The translations under genes were made by a program, and so were the position numbers. Positions 30,992 to 42,371 of a DNA stretch of 64,000 nucleotides are shown piece by piece; positions within the stretch are counted from its first letter, which is position 1; each line of letters opens with the position of its first letter. The notes beneath the pieces are model-generated. The model was not told the DNA's origin. It worked only from the letters and a program-made list of their open reading frames with translations, and did no database searches. The stretch is taken from NCBI GenBank assembly GCA_963665845.2, contig OY762492.1, positions 736,001 through 800,000 on the forward strand, given 5' to 3'. The DNA is from Candidatus Poribacteria bacterium (GTDB taxonomy: Bacteria > Poribacteria > WGA-4E > GCA-2687025).

Positions 30992-31705
30992 ATGAAACGA
31001 CGCGAATGGTTTCAAAAAGCGGCGGCCGCTGTCGGGCTGACCGGCGTCTCCGCGCGGCTGCGCGCCGCGGCAGAGAGCGAGCCTGGAAGCGACTCTGAAA
31101 AAACGCCCGACTGCGTCTTGACGCCGTCCCAAACCGCCGGCCCGTTCTATTTCAACCCGAAGCAGTTTCGCAAAGACATCACGGAAGACCGAGAGGGCGT
31201 TCCGCTGCTGCTCAAGCTGGAGATTGTGCGCGCCTCTCGATGCGAACCGGTTCCGGACGCATGGGTGGAGATATGGCATACGGATCCGCGGGGCGTCTAT
31301 TCAGGCTATGCGCGGCAGGGCGACAGGGGGCGCATTGACGCGCGGGGGGAAGATTTCCTGCGCGGCATACAGGTTGCCGACAAGAACGGGCGGGTCGAGT
31401 TTGAGACGCTGTTCCCAGGCTGGTACCGCGGCAGGTTGACGCATATCCATTTCAAGGTTCATCTGGACGAGCGGACGGTCGTCACATCGCAGCTGTATTT
31501 CCCCGAAAAGATTGTCAAGGAGGTCTACGCGCTGGAGCCGTATAAGGCGCGGGGGCAGAACCCGACCAACGAACGCCGCGACGGCGTCCTGCGCAGAAAC
31601 GACCTGAAAAAACTGCGCGTCTCCGCCCAGAAAAACGACCTGAAAAAGAACCCGAAACTGCCGAAGAACGGGTACAACGCCTCGCATATTATCGGCATCG
31701 CTTAG
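30992..31705 (+). CDS. Tat-exported intradiol ring-cleavage dioxygenase-like protein
   Basis: MKRREW twin-Arg; GPFY, EIWH....GVYS, PGWYRGRLTHIH (Tyr/Tyr/His/His ligands). Confidence 0.85.
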   Translation: MKRREWFQKAAAAVGLTGVSARLRAAAESEPGSDSEKTPDCVLTPSQTAGPFYFNPKQFRKDITEDREGVPLLLKLEIVRASRCEPVPDAWVEIWHTDPRGVYSGYARQGDRGRIDARGEDFLRGIQVADKNGRVEFETLFPGWYRGRLTHIHFKVHLDERTVVTSQLYFPEKIVKEVYALEPYKARGQNPTNERRDGVLRRNDLKKLRVSAQKNDLKKNPKLPKNGYNASHIIGIA

Positions 31706-31715
31706 CGGCGAAAGT

Positions 31716-33473
31716 TTAATGCGAATGATCGTCGTCGGGGGTCAGCGTATCGGGAGCTGTCGAAGGCCAAGCGTAAATCGCCGCTTCGTTTTCTTTGCCG
31801 CCGTGGACGACCTTCAATTCCTCGTACCTGTGTATGGACAGCAGATACGAAACGCCGCCTTTTTGGCGGACGGTTTCACTCTGTTCAGCCGCGCTCCGCG
31901 GATTTAAGCGGTAAGCGGTTCGATCCGCATGAAACATGGTCTTTAGATGTTCAAGCGAACCCATGCCTTCCGCTCTCTCAACAAAAAGAACGGCGTTCGC
32001 TGGAAGTTCTTCCCGCGCATATTCGGCAACTTGAAGATACGGCGCGGGAGTACCCTGCCCGCCGGCGACAGCGGATGTGATCCAAACGGCGCGCAGCGCG
32101 AGCGTGAACGACCCAGCGATCGCAAACCCGATGCATGCCCATCGGAACGAATCCGCCAACCCCTTTTTCTCTAAGCGCGGCGCCATCTGCAGCGCAGCCC
32201 AAGCGACTGCAAAAACAGCGGCTAGATTGATCATCGGCCACGGACGTTCTAGGATGAGTGAGCCGAAGACATACCCTTCAGGGGTACCTTTGCCCCAATG
32301 AGGAGGCGTCTGCGGGAGCGCAAGGGCGGTCAACGAGATTCCCGTCAAGACGCACAATTCCCAACGACTTTCTCTTTTAAAAACTCCTCGAACGGCCAAT
32401 TCGCCAAAGATGAGCAGAAATGCCGGCAGCGCTAGGAGCGTTGCCGACGGAGTCTTGGTCGCCGCGAAGAGGTGCGGTATCAAAACGCCAAAGCCCCATG
32501 CGTAGACGACGCACAAGGAGACCTTCTTTTTCGTGAAGAGTCGACCCGACAGCGTGACAGCAGAAGCCATCGCCGCGGCAAAAAAGATATGCAGCAGAAA
32601 CGGAAAATAATCGAACAGCAGGCGGTCCCACGGCGCCGCCCAGCTTTCAACATCCGACACAAGATGACGGAAAACATAACTGTGTTCATAGTGAAACTCT
32701 TGAGGAAATCGAATCGCCGTTGAGATCGTCCACGGCAACGCCACAACGAGAGACGCCGCTGTCAAGCCGAGGAGATGGCGGCCGCGCAAGGCAATGTTTT
32801 CGCGCCGCCCAAGCCGTAAAGCGGGAGCCAGCCATATCGCCAGCGCGATTCCCGTTACAATGAGCGCGAGATAACTTTTGGAAAGATACGCGCAGCCCTG
32901 AGCGGCGCCGGCAATCAGAACATCGCGCCAGCTGCCCGACTGCATGGCGCGTATCAGAAAATAGACGGCAAGCTCCGTCCAAAACAGCAGCGAAATATCG
33001 ATGGCGTCGCTGAAAAGATACCCATGCGTCAACTCCGCCATGACCGGCAAAAACGCTTGAACCGCCGCCGCAATGAGAGCCGCCCTCCGATCAAACAGCC
33101 GCTTTCCGATCAGATAGGTCAAGAAAACGGCAAGGGTTGCCAAAAGAAGCGACGGAAACCTAAGGGCGAACGTATTGACGCCGAAAACGGCGTAGGAGGC
33201 GGCGATTTTCCAGAGCGGGAGAATCGGCTTGTGGAGCCAGACATGGTTCGACGTCCAAGACTCATAATCGTAAGGCAGATAAGGCGCGTCGTAAAGCGTC
33301 GGCGTGAACGGATGCTTCAGAAGATTGCGGGCGACGATGGCATGGCAAACTTCGTCAAAGGCGAGATGCTGATGTCCGAGATGCGGCAGCTTGATGAGAG
33401 CCGACGCAAGACATACCGCCCCGATAGACAGAGCCGCCCAATGCGCGCGGAAAAAACGAGCGGCGGAAATCAT
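31716..33473 (-). CDS. GT-C fold glycosyltransferase (ArnT/PMT, GT39/83-like)
   Basis: FDE motif after TM1, HKPIL, FGVNTFALRFPS, YLSK; many TM helices. Confidence 0.85.
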   Translation of the reverse strand: MISAARFFRAHWAALSIGAVCLASALIKLPHLGHQHLAFDEVCHAIVARNLLKHPFTPTLYDAPYLPYDYESWTSNHVWLHKPILPLWKIAASYAVFGVNTFALRFPSLLLATLAVFLTYLIGKRLFDRRAALIAAAVQAFLPVMAELTHGYLFSDAIDISLLFWTELAVYFLIRAMQSGSWRDVLIAGAAQGCAYLSKSYLALIVTGIALAIWLAPALRLGRRENIALRGRHLLGLTAASLVVALPWTISTAIRFPQEFHYEHSYVFRHLVSDVESWAAPWDRLLFDYFPFLLHIFFAAAMASAVTLSGRLFTKKKVSLCVVYAWGFGVLIPHLFAATKTPSATLLALPAFLLIFGELAVRGVFKRESRWELCVLTGISLTALALPQTPPHWGKGTPEGYVFGSLILERPWPMINLAAVFAVAWAALQMAPRLEKKGLADSFRWACIGFAIAGSFTLALRAVWITSAVAGGQGTPAPYLQVAEYAREELPANAVLFVERAEGMGSLEHLKTMFHADRTAYRLNPRSAAEQSETVRQKGGVSYLLSIHRYEELKVVHGGKENEAAIYAWPSTAPDTLTPDDDHSH

Positions 33474-33503
33474 TTGGCAGGCGCGGTTTCGGTAATGATG
33501 CGG

Positions 33504-34724
33504 CTACTCGCTTTCGTTTCCATGCAGAGGAGTCAAGCGTTTCTGACGCTCCTGCGCCCACAAAACGATCCGCTCCGCCCAAGCGGGATGCGACTCCGCT
33601 AAACGGCGCATACCTTCCTGAACGCCGTAACGCTCAATGGATTGCATCACAGCCGCTTCAAAAATGGCGGGATCGTCCGGCGGAGGCGGCGATACAGGCT
33701 CAACCTGCGACGGTGCGCGGGGCGTCGATTCAGAGGATGAGTGCGAAGACGCGCCCGGCAAACTGGGATCCGAAACCGCCGGCGAATCAACGCGCGGAGC
33801 GCCCGACGGAAGCGGTTGCGGGATTTCCACAGGCGCCTGAGGAGAAACTTTTGCGCCTATTCCAAAATACTCCGTGAATATCCGAGCGTTGGGCGGCAAC
33901 TCCTGCAAGGCTACATAAAAAAAACCGTAGAGACTTTCTGTCCGCTCATCTACATTGAGATATCCCTCGAAAGTGTCCACCTTGTCAGCCAACTCCCAGC
34001 ATTGTTCATAATACCGCTCGCTAAGCAGTTTGTGTTCCACAGGAGCTTCGTCTTGCGCCCAACGAATCGTGTGGAGAATCGGTTCCAGTCTCCGACTCCA
34101 TTCGTCCGATAAATTATTTTCTTTCCAATGGACTGTAAGCTCCTTTCTCAGTCTTTTACTTGCGACGGGATAATAACGCCGCTCAAGATCAGAGAGCGGC
34201 ATTCCTAGTTCCTTCTTCGCGTAGATGCGAAGATGCGCCATCCAATCGCTATTGAACTCAAACGCCTCAATCATACCCGACAACTCGGAGATGTCCATTT
34301 TGCCCGCTTTCACACGGCTAAGCGCCTCCCGAACGGACCGAAACGCTTCCTGGTATTCGACGATGTCGCCCTCTAAGTCGATCGGAATGGAGATGAAACG
34401 TTCCCGCGCTCCGGTGTTATGCAATCCCAAGGATTCGGCCCGTTTGGTCTCGTCGGGGCGCATCTTGTTTTGAGGACTGCCGCCGCCATTCTCACGGTTC
34501 TCATGACTTTGAGCGGAATTCCCTTCTGAATCTGAATGCGTATGGCCTTCGTGCGCGCGTTCCTCGTAGCTTGAGCGCTCGGTTTCCCCGACGCCCCGCG
34601 GGGCTTGTTCAGAAGACTGCCCCCTATGGAGTCCTTTGTTGAGGAAGTACATCCCCAAGACCAGGAGCGCAACTGAGACTAGAATGACTGCGTAACGTTT
34701 CAGATTCATTGGCTTGCCAATCAT
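33504..34724 (-). CDS. Hypothetical membrane-anchored protein, paralog of 36715-37377
   Basis: N-terminal TM; C-terminal PPDDPAIFEAA..SIERYGVQEGMRRLAESHPAW shared with the paralog. Confidence 0.75.
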   Translation of the reverse strand: MIGKPMNLKRYAVILVSVALLVLGMYFLNKGLHRGQSSEQAPRGVGETERSSYEERAHEGHTHSDSEGNSAQSHENRENGGGSPQNKMRPDETKRAESLGLHNTGARERFISIPIDLEGDIVEYQEAFRSVREALSRVKAGKMDISELSGMIEAFEFNSDWMAHLRIYAKKELGMPLSDLERRYYPVASKRLRKELTVHWKENNLSDEWSRRLEPILHTIRWAQDEAPVEHKLLSERYYEQCWELADKVDTFEGYLNVDERTESLYGFFYVALQELPPNARIFTEYFGIGAKVSPQAPVEIPQPLPSGAPRVDSPAVSDPSLPGASSHSSSESTPRAPSQVEPVSPPPPDDPAIFEAAVMQSIERYGVQEGMRRLAESHPAWAERIVLWAQERQKRLTPLHGNESE

Positions 34725-34742
34725 GAGGATGGGTGTATTTTA

Positions 34743-35513
<771 letters not shown>

Positions 35514-35572
35514 GTCGTGTCCTTTCGCTTGTTTCGTCTGTTCGCGCTGCAGTGTCCGTTGCGCTTCAAATT

Positions 35573-35980
35573 TCATGGTTGGTTTCCTGTCCTGTTTTGA
35601 GTTTCGTTCTCGTTCGTATCGGTTTGCCACATTAAAGCAGCCATCTTTTCATGCGCTTTGCGCGATCGGTCGTCGGGCGTCAAGGAATCGTCTGCGTAAA
35701 CCGCCTCCAGCTCTGAGAAGCGCGCCAACGCCCGACGATACGCCTCTCGCATTTCGGAGCCTTCGGGATGCTTCGCCGCGCTTTCCAGCAGGAACTGTTT
35801 CAACGCCGCTTTGCTTTTGAGCGTTCCGTCTTGCTGTCCGCTGCTTGCGCAGCATCCGCAATTTTCGTTGTTTTCTGCTTCGGCGTCGGCGCTTCCGCCG
35901 CAGCCGGACGCCAAAGCGGCCAGCATGACCAAGACTGGCAGGAGCATCAACGCGCCCAACCGATTCCATGCCGACATCAT
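35573..35980 (-). CDS. Small predicted lipoprotein
   Basis: Lipobox LASGC; NCGCC motif; start overlaps the sigma-factor stop (ATGA). Confidence 0.65.
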   Translation of the reverse strand: MMSAWNRLGALMLLPVLVMLAALASGCGGSADAEAENNENCGCCASSGQQDGTLKSKAALKQFLLESAAKHPEGSEMREAYRRALARFSELEAVYADDSLTPDDRSRKAHEKMAALMWQTDTNENETQNRTGNQP

Positions 35981-36633
35981 GATTTGCTCCCTTTCTTGGC
36001 GTCGCCGCCTTCGCGCCTCAACCGCTTTACCCGTTCCTCGCTCGCCATTGAAATGAGAGCGGTACCATATTTTTCGATCCGTTCTTGTATGTCCGGAGTC
36101 GATCGGTGGATGTAAGACCGCACGGTTTGCGTTTTCACTTTCAGCCGCTTCGCAATCTCCGCGTCGGATTCGTTATTAAGGCGTCCGAGTACCGCTTCGC
36201 GCGGATTCGGCTTGAGAAACTCGGCCGCCGCCATCGCTAGCTCCCGTCTTTCTTTTTTAATGAGAAGGTCGTCGGGGAGCGGTTTCAGATCAGACGGCTC
36301 CGGCGCGTCTTCCATGCTTGTTTCGTCTTTCCGCTTACGGAGCCATTCGCGGCAGACGCTCCGCGCCACTTTGTCCGTATACGCAGGAACTTTTTCCACG
36401 CTGCGTATCGAGTCGAGTTTTGGAAGCGTACGCAAGTAGGTCTCTTGAACAAGATCGTTCAAAACGGATTTGTCAAATCCGTATGGCAAAAGCATCGCGT
36501 TTCCGATACGGCGGATAATGTCCTCGCGCTCCATCATGAGTTTCGCCTTCTGCGCTCGCGTCAATTCGTCCACCACGCTCCCGATTCGTAACGTTAGAGG
36601 AATAAATCGCGTTAACGTTGCATCAAAACGCAT
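35977..36633 (-). CDS. ECF-type RNA polymerase sigma factor
   Basis: Region 2 DLVQETYLR and VARSVCREWLRKR; region 4 SDAEIAKRLKVKTQTVRSYIHR. Confidence 0.85.
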   Translation of the reverse strand: MRFDATLTRFIPLTLRIGSVVDELTRAQKAKLMMEREDIIRRIGNAMLLPYGFDKSVLNDLVQETYLRTLPKLDSIRSVEKVPAYTDKVARSVCREWLRKRKDETSMEDAPEPSDLKPLPDDLLIKKERRELAMAAAEFLKPNPREAVLGRLNNESDAEIAKRLKVKTQTVRSYIHRSTPDIQERIEKYGTALISMASEERVKRLRREGGDAKKGSKS

Positions 36634-36714
36634 TTTTTTTCAACCGCCCTTGCAAACGCGCCGCATTTCTATAGCGGCGTTTAGAAATCATTGCGGATCC
36701 CACAAGGGATACGG

Positions 36715-37377
36715 CTACGCGCTTTCGTTTTTATGTTGATGCGCCCGCAGCCATTCATAAAGGCGCCGCCTCCATTCTGGATGCGACTCCGCCAAGCGAA
36801 GCGAACCCTCCTGAACGCCGTGCCGTTTAATGGACGCGGACGCCGCCGCCTCAAACTCGGCGGGAGCGTCGGGCGGCGCCGCCAGAAGAGATGTATAAAC
36901 GCGCGCCGGCGGCGCGGACGCCCCCTTCGCAAGATTCTCAATGAACGCCCTGTACACTTTTGAATCGGGCGGCAGCCCGTTCAACGCATCGTAGAAGCAG
37001 TTGTAGGCGCGCTCCACCTGCCGGTCTATATTCGTATCTTTCTCATTGTCTGACGACGAGGCGGAAATTTTCTGTACATCCTGCCTCCTCGCTTGAAAAT
37101 ACCGATCTCTTAGAGTTTTGTATTCCGAAGGGGCGTTCTCGCCAGCCCATAGCAGCGTGTCTCGAATGGGTATTTCTCTTCGGTACTTTTCACGCGCCTC
37201 ATAGCCGAACAAAGCCCGAAAGAGCGATATGGACGGGTATGCGCCGATGACAGCGGCGGCGATCAGCGAGGCAAGCAGCTTGTTGCCGATAAACTTGTTC
37301 AAAATAGCTGTGGCTGCGTAGAAGAGAACAGCGAAGAGCAATCCAAAGACGACGCGTTTGAACCTTTTGGAACCCAT
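36715..37377 (-). CDS. Hypothetical 2-TM protein, paralog of 33504-34724
   Basis: GAGGA RBS; two TMs; WAGENAP..LPPDSK..RHGVQEGSLRLAESHPEW. Confidence 0.7.
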   Translation of the reverse strand: MGSKRFKRVVFGLLFAVLFYAATAILNKFIGNKLLASLIAAAVIGAYPSISLFRALFGYEAREKYRREIPIRDTLLWAGENAPSEYKTLRDRYFQARRQDVQKISASSSDNEKDTNIDRQVERAYNCFYDALNGLPPDSKVYRAFIENLAKGASAPPARVYTSLLAAPPDAPAEFEAAASASIKRHGVQEGSLRLAESHPEWRRRLYEWLRAHQHKNESA

Positions 37378-37441
37378 TGCGGATCCTCGTTTTCGTTTCA
37401 TGCCGAGGCGGAACGGGCGGGATGTCAAGCGGCGCCAGCCA

Positions 37442-37629
37442 CTGACCTTACGTCTTTAGTTGGGACATGTCGGCATGGGACGCGGACGGTTTCTGCGGCG
37501 CCTCTGGATTCCCGCTTGCGCGGGAATGCATGTCCTCGCGGAAGCGGGGAACGGTTTGGTTGGCGGCGCCTTTTCCCATGAATAGAGCGATCGTCAATTC
37601 AAATGTCCCAACTTTGTGCATGAGGTCAG
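37442..37629 (-). mobile_element. MITE-like element A
   Basis: CTGACCTTACGTCTTTAGTTGGGACAT ... ATGTCCCAACTTTGTGCATGAGGTCAG. Confidence 0.85.
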
Positions 37630-37812
37630 CAGCCAACCTTCCACATGAACATGCTAGCGCCGCTGCGATTTTTTAGCAATGGCGAACTTCTGACCTTAAC
37701 GCTATAGTTGGGACATGGCGGTAGGGCGCGGGGTTCCTAGACTCCCCCTTTTCAAGGGGGAATTGGACGCGGCGCCGCAAATATCGCCGTATAGGCGCGC
37801 TGCCATCCGGGA

Positions 37813-37983
37813 GGGAGTACGCTCATGCGGTGATGTTGATCGGAGACGCCATATGGACGGCGCGCTCCGAAGAACAACCCCGTTCTTCGTCGTCGCCTAA
37901 GATTCCCGTTTCACGGGAATGACGACCGGCGGCGCGGACGCTTTAGGGTTAAAAAATGAAGATCATCGTATGGGCGCGCTGCC
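37813..37983. mobile_element. IS1-derived MITE-like element B with an internal palindrome
   Basis: Both ends match the 22-bp IR of the IS1 at 11897-12439 at 19/22 positions. Confidence 0.75.
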
Positions 37984-38064
37984 GGTCAGGCGCCGGCGTT
38001 GCCCTGCGCCTCTCGTTGTTGTAGAATGCGGCGCTGTTCTGGATGTCAGATGGAGGTTCGCATT

Positions 38065-41000
38065 ATGAAAACTCGGCATTTCCGTTTCGCTCTGATTGCG
38101 TCGGCGGCGCTGCTGGCGTTTGCCGCGGCAGCTTCGCAGGCGGGCGACGCGGTCATCGTTCTGGAAGGGCATAAAGCGCCCGTCTCCGCGGTCAAGTATT
38201 CTCCCGACGGAACGAAGGTCGCCAGCGCGAGCCTAGATCAGACCGTCCGCCTATGGGACGCGCAAACAGGCGCGCCTCTCATGACGCTGGAGGGGCATAC
38301 CGAAGCGATCTGGGAGGTTGCCTATTCGCCGGACGGCGCGCTGATCGCCAGCGTCGGCAACGATAAGATCGTTCGGATATGGAACGCGCAGACAGGCGAA
38401 CTCGAAAGAAAGATCGGCGAGCTGGGCGATACGTTATGGGGCTTGGCTTTCTCGCCCGACGCATCGAAACTGGCCGTCGCCATCGACAACGGAACGCTGA
38501 CCGTATGGGACCCGAAAACGGGGGAAAACCTGTCGACAACGGAGGAAGCGTACGACGGACCGGCGCCGGCGCTGCTCTATTCGCCGGACGGCATGACGCT
38601 TGCCAGCGCGTCGGCGGACGGAAAGATCAGGCTCTGGGACGCGCACAATTACGAACTCCTGCGAACCATAGACGCAAGCAGTGAAGCGGTTTCAGCGCTC
38701 TCCTTCTCGTCCGACAGCGCGCAAATCGCCGGCGGCAGCAACGACAACACGGTCAAGCTGTGGGATGTCCAGACAGGCGATCTTCAACGAACGCTGAACG
38801 GGCATAACGGGTTCGTGTACGGGGTGGGACACACCCCCGACGGCAAGACGATTGCCAGCGGCGGTTTTGACAACACGGCGCGTCTCTGGGACAGCGCGAC
38901 CGGCAGAATCATGTCGGTCTTAGAGGGGCATACCCGCTCCATTTGGGGGCTTTCCATTTCGCCCGACGGAACGCAGCTCGCGACCGCCAGCCGCGATTCA
39001 ACCGTCCGCCTTTGGGATCTGAACGCGGTTCGGCATAACCGCCCGCTCACAGGGCATACGCATTCCGCCTACTCGGTCAACTATTCGCCGGACGGCAAGA
39101 CGCTTGTCAGCGCCAGCTACGACAACACGGTTCGAGTTTGGGACAGCGAGACGGGCGCCCTTCTCAACACGCTGGAGGGGCATGCCGGCTGGGTGAGAGC
39201 CGCCGCCTATTCTCCTGACGGCAAGACGATCGCCAGCGCGTCCGAGGATGGAACGGCGCGTCTCTGGGACGCCGAAACGGGCGAACTCAAAACGACCTTG
39301 GAAGGGCATAACGCCGCGCTATGGTCGCTCGCCTATTCTCCCGACGGGAAGACGATCGCGACGGGCGGCGCCGACAACACAGCGCGTCTCTGGGACGCCG
39401 AAACGGGCGACCTCATCAGAACGCTTGAGGAGAGCGTCAACGATGTGCTATCGCTTGCGTTCTCTCCCAACGGCAAAATTCTCGCCGCAGGCGGCTTCGG
39501 GTCCAGAGTCCGCCTCTGGCACGTCGGCTCCGGCAAGCAGATCGCTGAACTGGAGCGGCAGGCGGATTATGTCTGGTCGGTCGCCTTCTCGCCGGACGGA
39601 CGAACCTTAGCCGCCGCCGTATACGACGGCTCCATCCATTTTTGGGATGTCAAAACAAGAAAAGAAATCGGCTCGTTTAAAGCGCACGAGAACTGGGCAA
39701 GCGGCGTCGCCTATTCGCCCAACGGTACCCTCATCGCGTCCGCAAGCGACGACGGCTCCGTCCGGCTGTGGGATGTCAAAACCATGGAGCGGATCGCGGA
39801 GTTCGAAGGGCATACGAATTATGTTATGGACGTCGCCTTTTCGCCGGACGGCAAGACGCTCGCCAGCGCCAGTTACGATCAAAACATACGGCTTTGGCCG
39901 GTCGATACGATTCTGGCGCCGCGCCATACCGTCGGAACGCATCTGCGGCCGGTCTTGGCGGCCGCCTTTTCGCCGGACGGCAAGACGCTCGTCAGCGGCG
40001 GCTCCGACAAGAAGCTGTTTCTATGGGACGCCGCGACCAGAACGCCGACAGCGGCTTTGATTGGACATGTCGGACCTGTTACGGCGGCCGCTTTTTCGCC
40101 GGACGGCTTGACGATTGCGAGCGTGTGCGAAGGCTCCGCCCGCATATGGAGCGCCGAAACGGGCGAGCTGTTGACCCGCTTTAGACCTGAAGGCGGAACT
40201 GTCTTTTCAGCCGCCTTTTCGCCGGACGGTACCGTTCTCGCCACCGGAAGCCGCAGCGGGGCCGTTCAGCTTTGGAACCCTGCAGACGGCGAAGAGATCG
40301 CGCGCATGGAAGACGCCGGCAGCGATGTCTATTCGCTCGCGTTCTCCCCTGACGGAGCGACTCTCGCGGCGGCGACCCGCGCAGGAGAGGTCGTTCTATG
40401 GGAGACGGCGTCCGGCGCCGAGAAAGCGCGCCTTCATGCGCATAAAGGAAGGGCGCGGGCGGTCCTGTTTTCTCTTGACGGCGCGATGTTTTACACCACA
40501 GGACATGACCGAAAAATCATCGCATGGGACGCCGCCTCGTTTCAACAGACCGCCGTCTTGAATAGAGGCGCGCGGCCGATTCAGTCCGCAGCGCTGTCGC
40601 CGGACGGCGCGGCGCTCGCAACCGGCGATGTGGATGGACAGATCGCCTTGATCTCCCTCCAGACAGGCGCTGTACAAAACGTCATCGCGGCGCATAACGG
40701 AAATGTTTACGCGCTCGCCTTCTCGCCGGACGGGCAAATCATCGCCAGCGGGGGACGCGATATGGAGGTCGGATGGAACTCCACTGCGGCGCCGCCCGAA
40801 CTTCCCGCGGATGTGAACGGCGACGGCGTCGTGGACATCAAAGACCTGGCAGCCGCCGCGGCGCATTACGGCGGCTCCAATCCCGCCGCGGATGTGAACG
40901 GCGACGGCGTCGTGGATGTCGAAGATATACTGCTCATTGTGGATGCGATGGCCGCCGATGCCGCCGCCGCGCCGTCCGCTGATGTCCGCTCCGCGCCCGA

Positions 41001-41418
41001 TGGACTTTCAGCCTCCGACGTCCAAACATGGCTTTTGGACGCGGAAACTCTGCCCAAAAGCGCATGGACGCAACGGAACGTTCTGAAGTTGACCGATCTG
41101 CTTCAGGCGCTGCTTCAGCCGCCGCGTCAAACGGCGCTACTGCCGAACTATCCGAACCCGTTCAACCCTGAAACATGGATCCCGTTTGATCTGGCGGAAA
41201 CGTCCCGCGTGACAATAACGATCTACAACGAGGCGGGGCAGACCGTGCGGACGCTGGAGCTGGGCAGCCTCCCCGCCGGCTCCTACCGCGCCCGATCCAA
41301 AGCGGCGCATTGGGACGGACGCAACGCCTTAGGCGAACCTGTAGCGAGCGGCGTCTATTACGTCCGCATTCAGGCGGGGTCGTTTACGTCGCTGCGGCGC
41401 ATGCTGGTGTTGAAGTAA
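38065..41418 (+). CDS. Secreted 21x WD40 protein with dockerin-like EF-hand pair and FlgD-Ig/T9SS-type C-terminal domain
   Basis: GGAGG RBS, signal peptide, 21 counted repeats, two ADVNGDGVVD motifs, LLPNYPNPFNPETWIPF...WDGRN..GEPVASGVY. Confidence 0.9.
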   Translation: MKTRHFRFALIASAALLAFAAAASQAGDAVIVLEGHKAPVSAVKYSPDGTKVASASLDQTVRLWDAQTGAPLMTLEGHTEAIWEVAYSPDGALIASVGNDKIVRIWNAQTGELERKIGELGDTLWGLAFSPDASKLAVAIDNGTLTVWDPKTGENLSTTEEAYDGPAPALLYSPDGMTLASASADGKIRLWDAHNYELLRTIDASSEAVSALSFSSDSAQIAGGSNDNTVKLWDVQTGDLQRTLNGHNGFVYGVGHTPDGKTIASGGFDNTARLWDSATGRIMSVLEGHTRSIWGLSISPDGTQLATASRDSTVRLWDLNAVRHNRPLTGHTHSAYSVNYSPDGKTLVSASYDNTVRVWDSETGALLNTLEGHAGWVRAAAYSPDGKTIASASEDGTARLWDAETGELKTTLEGHNAALWSLAYSPDGKTIATGGADNTARLWDAETGDLIRTLEESVNDVLSLAFSPNGKILAAGGFGSRVRLWHVGSGKQIAELERQADYVWSVAFSPDGRTLAAAVYDGSIHFWDVKTRKEIGSFKAHENWASGVAYSPNGTLIASASDDGSVRLWDVKTMERIAEFEGHTNYVMDVAFSPDGKTLASASYDQNIRLWPVDTILAPRHTVGTHLRPVLAAAFSPDGKTLVSGGSDKKLFLWDAATRTPTAALIGHVGPVTAAAFSPDGLTIASVCEGSARIWSAETGELLTRFRPEGGTVFSAAFSPDGTVLATGSRSGAVQLWNPADGEEIARMEDAGSDVYSLAFSPDGATLAAATRAGEVVLWETASGAEKARLHAHKGRARAVLFSLDGAMFYTTGHDRKIIAWDAASFQQTAVLNRGARPIQSAALSPDGAALATGDVDGQIALISLQTGAVQNVIAAHNGNVYALAFSPDGQIIASGGRDMEVGWNSTAAPPELPADVNGDGVVDIKDLAAAAAHYGGSNPAADVNGDGVVDVEDILLIVDAMAADAAAAPSADVRSAPDGLSASDVQTWLLDAETLPKSAWTQRNVLKLTDLLQALLQPPRQTALLPNYPNPFNPETWIPFDLAETSRVTITIYNEAGQTVRTLELGSLPAGSYRARSKAAHWDGRNALGEPVASGVYYVRIQAGSFTSLRRMLVLK

Positions 41419-41513
41419 GGCGGCTTGTTTGAGCGAATCTTAAAGCGCTTGCGCCGCGACTCCCGCAGCGGTACAATGCGTAAACAAGCATTTCCAACGA
41501 AACGGGCGGAGCT

Positions 41514-42371
41514 ATGAACGCTGAAATGGACGCGCAGACGCAAGATTACCTGTTCGACCTGCAGGGGTATCTCATCCTAGAAAACGCTGTTGACGCGGCG
41601 CATCTTGCCGAGATCAATCAATGGGTGGACGACCATTGGGAATATGTGGAAATGCCGTGGGACGGCGACCCGAAGCATCGGCGCGGGCGCTGGATTGGGC
41701 ATATCCATACGCACACCTACAACATTGAAAACGGCGTCAACTTTCAAAACATCGTCTCCGCCGGCCCGCCCTTTGAAACGCTGATTGACCATCCCCCGTG
41801 GACGGAGCCGGCGCGGCGGTATGTGAACCCTGTCAACGGCCTCTCCATACACGAGAACTTTTTAAACGTGCGAGGCAAGGGCGGCTACATCCATATTCAC
41901 TGCGGCGGGCATGTGCCGCTCTCGTATCTCACCTTCAGGCAAGAGAACACGGGCGAATGGCTTGTCGGGCAGATCAACGTGCTGATTGCGCTGAACGACA
42001 TCGGCCCTGGGGACGGCGCGCCTGTGCTGGTGCCGAGCAGCCACAAGTGCGCCGAGATTCATCCGCGCCTTGAACATAACGGCAAAGGCATCGTCTACGA
42101 CGGGATCACAGGGAAGCCGGCGGGAACCGCCTTCGGCGTCAAGGAGATGTATCTAAAGGCGGGCGACGCGCTCTTCTTTACGGACGCGATCACGCATGGC
42201 TCGGCGGAGCGGTTCAACGACGGACACCGCCGCTGCATCGTGATCCGTTATTCGCCGCGGTATGTGCGGGAGCGGTTCGGCTACACGATCCCGGCGGAGG
42301 CGCTGGCGCAAATGACGCCGGCGCGCCGCAGCATTGTTCAACCGAACGCGCCTCTTCGTCCGCCCGAATGA
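41514..42371 (+). CDS. Phytanoyl-CoA dioxygenase (PhyH) family protein
   Basis: FDLQGYL, HIHCGG, ALNDIGPGDG, VPSSHK, KAGDALFF..AITHGS, RR. Confidence 0.85.
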   Translation: MNAEMDAQTQDYLFDLQGYLILENAVDAAHLAEINQWVDDHWEYVEMPWDGDPKHRRGRWIGHIHTHTYNIENGVNFQNIVSAGPPFETLIDHPPWTEPARRYVNPVNGLSIHENFLNVRGKGGYIHIHCGGHVPLSYLTFRQENTGEWLVGQINVLIALNDIGPGDGAPVLVPSSHKCAEIHPRLEHNGKGIVYDGITGKPAGTAFGVKEMYLKAGDALFFTDAITHGSAERFNDGHRRCIVIRYSPRYVRERFGYTIPAEALAQMTPARRSIVQPNAPLRPPE

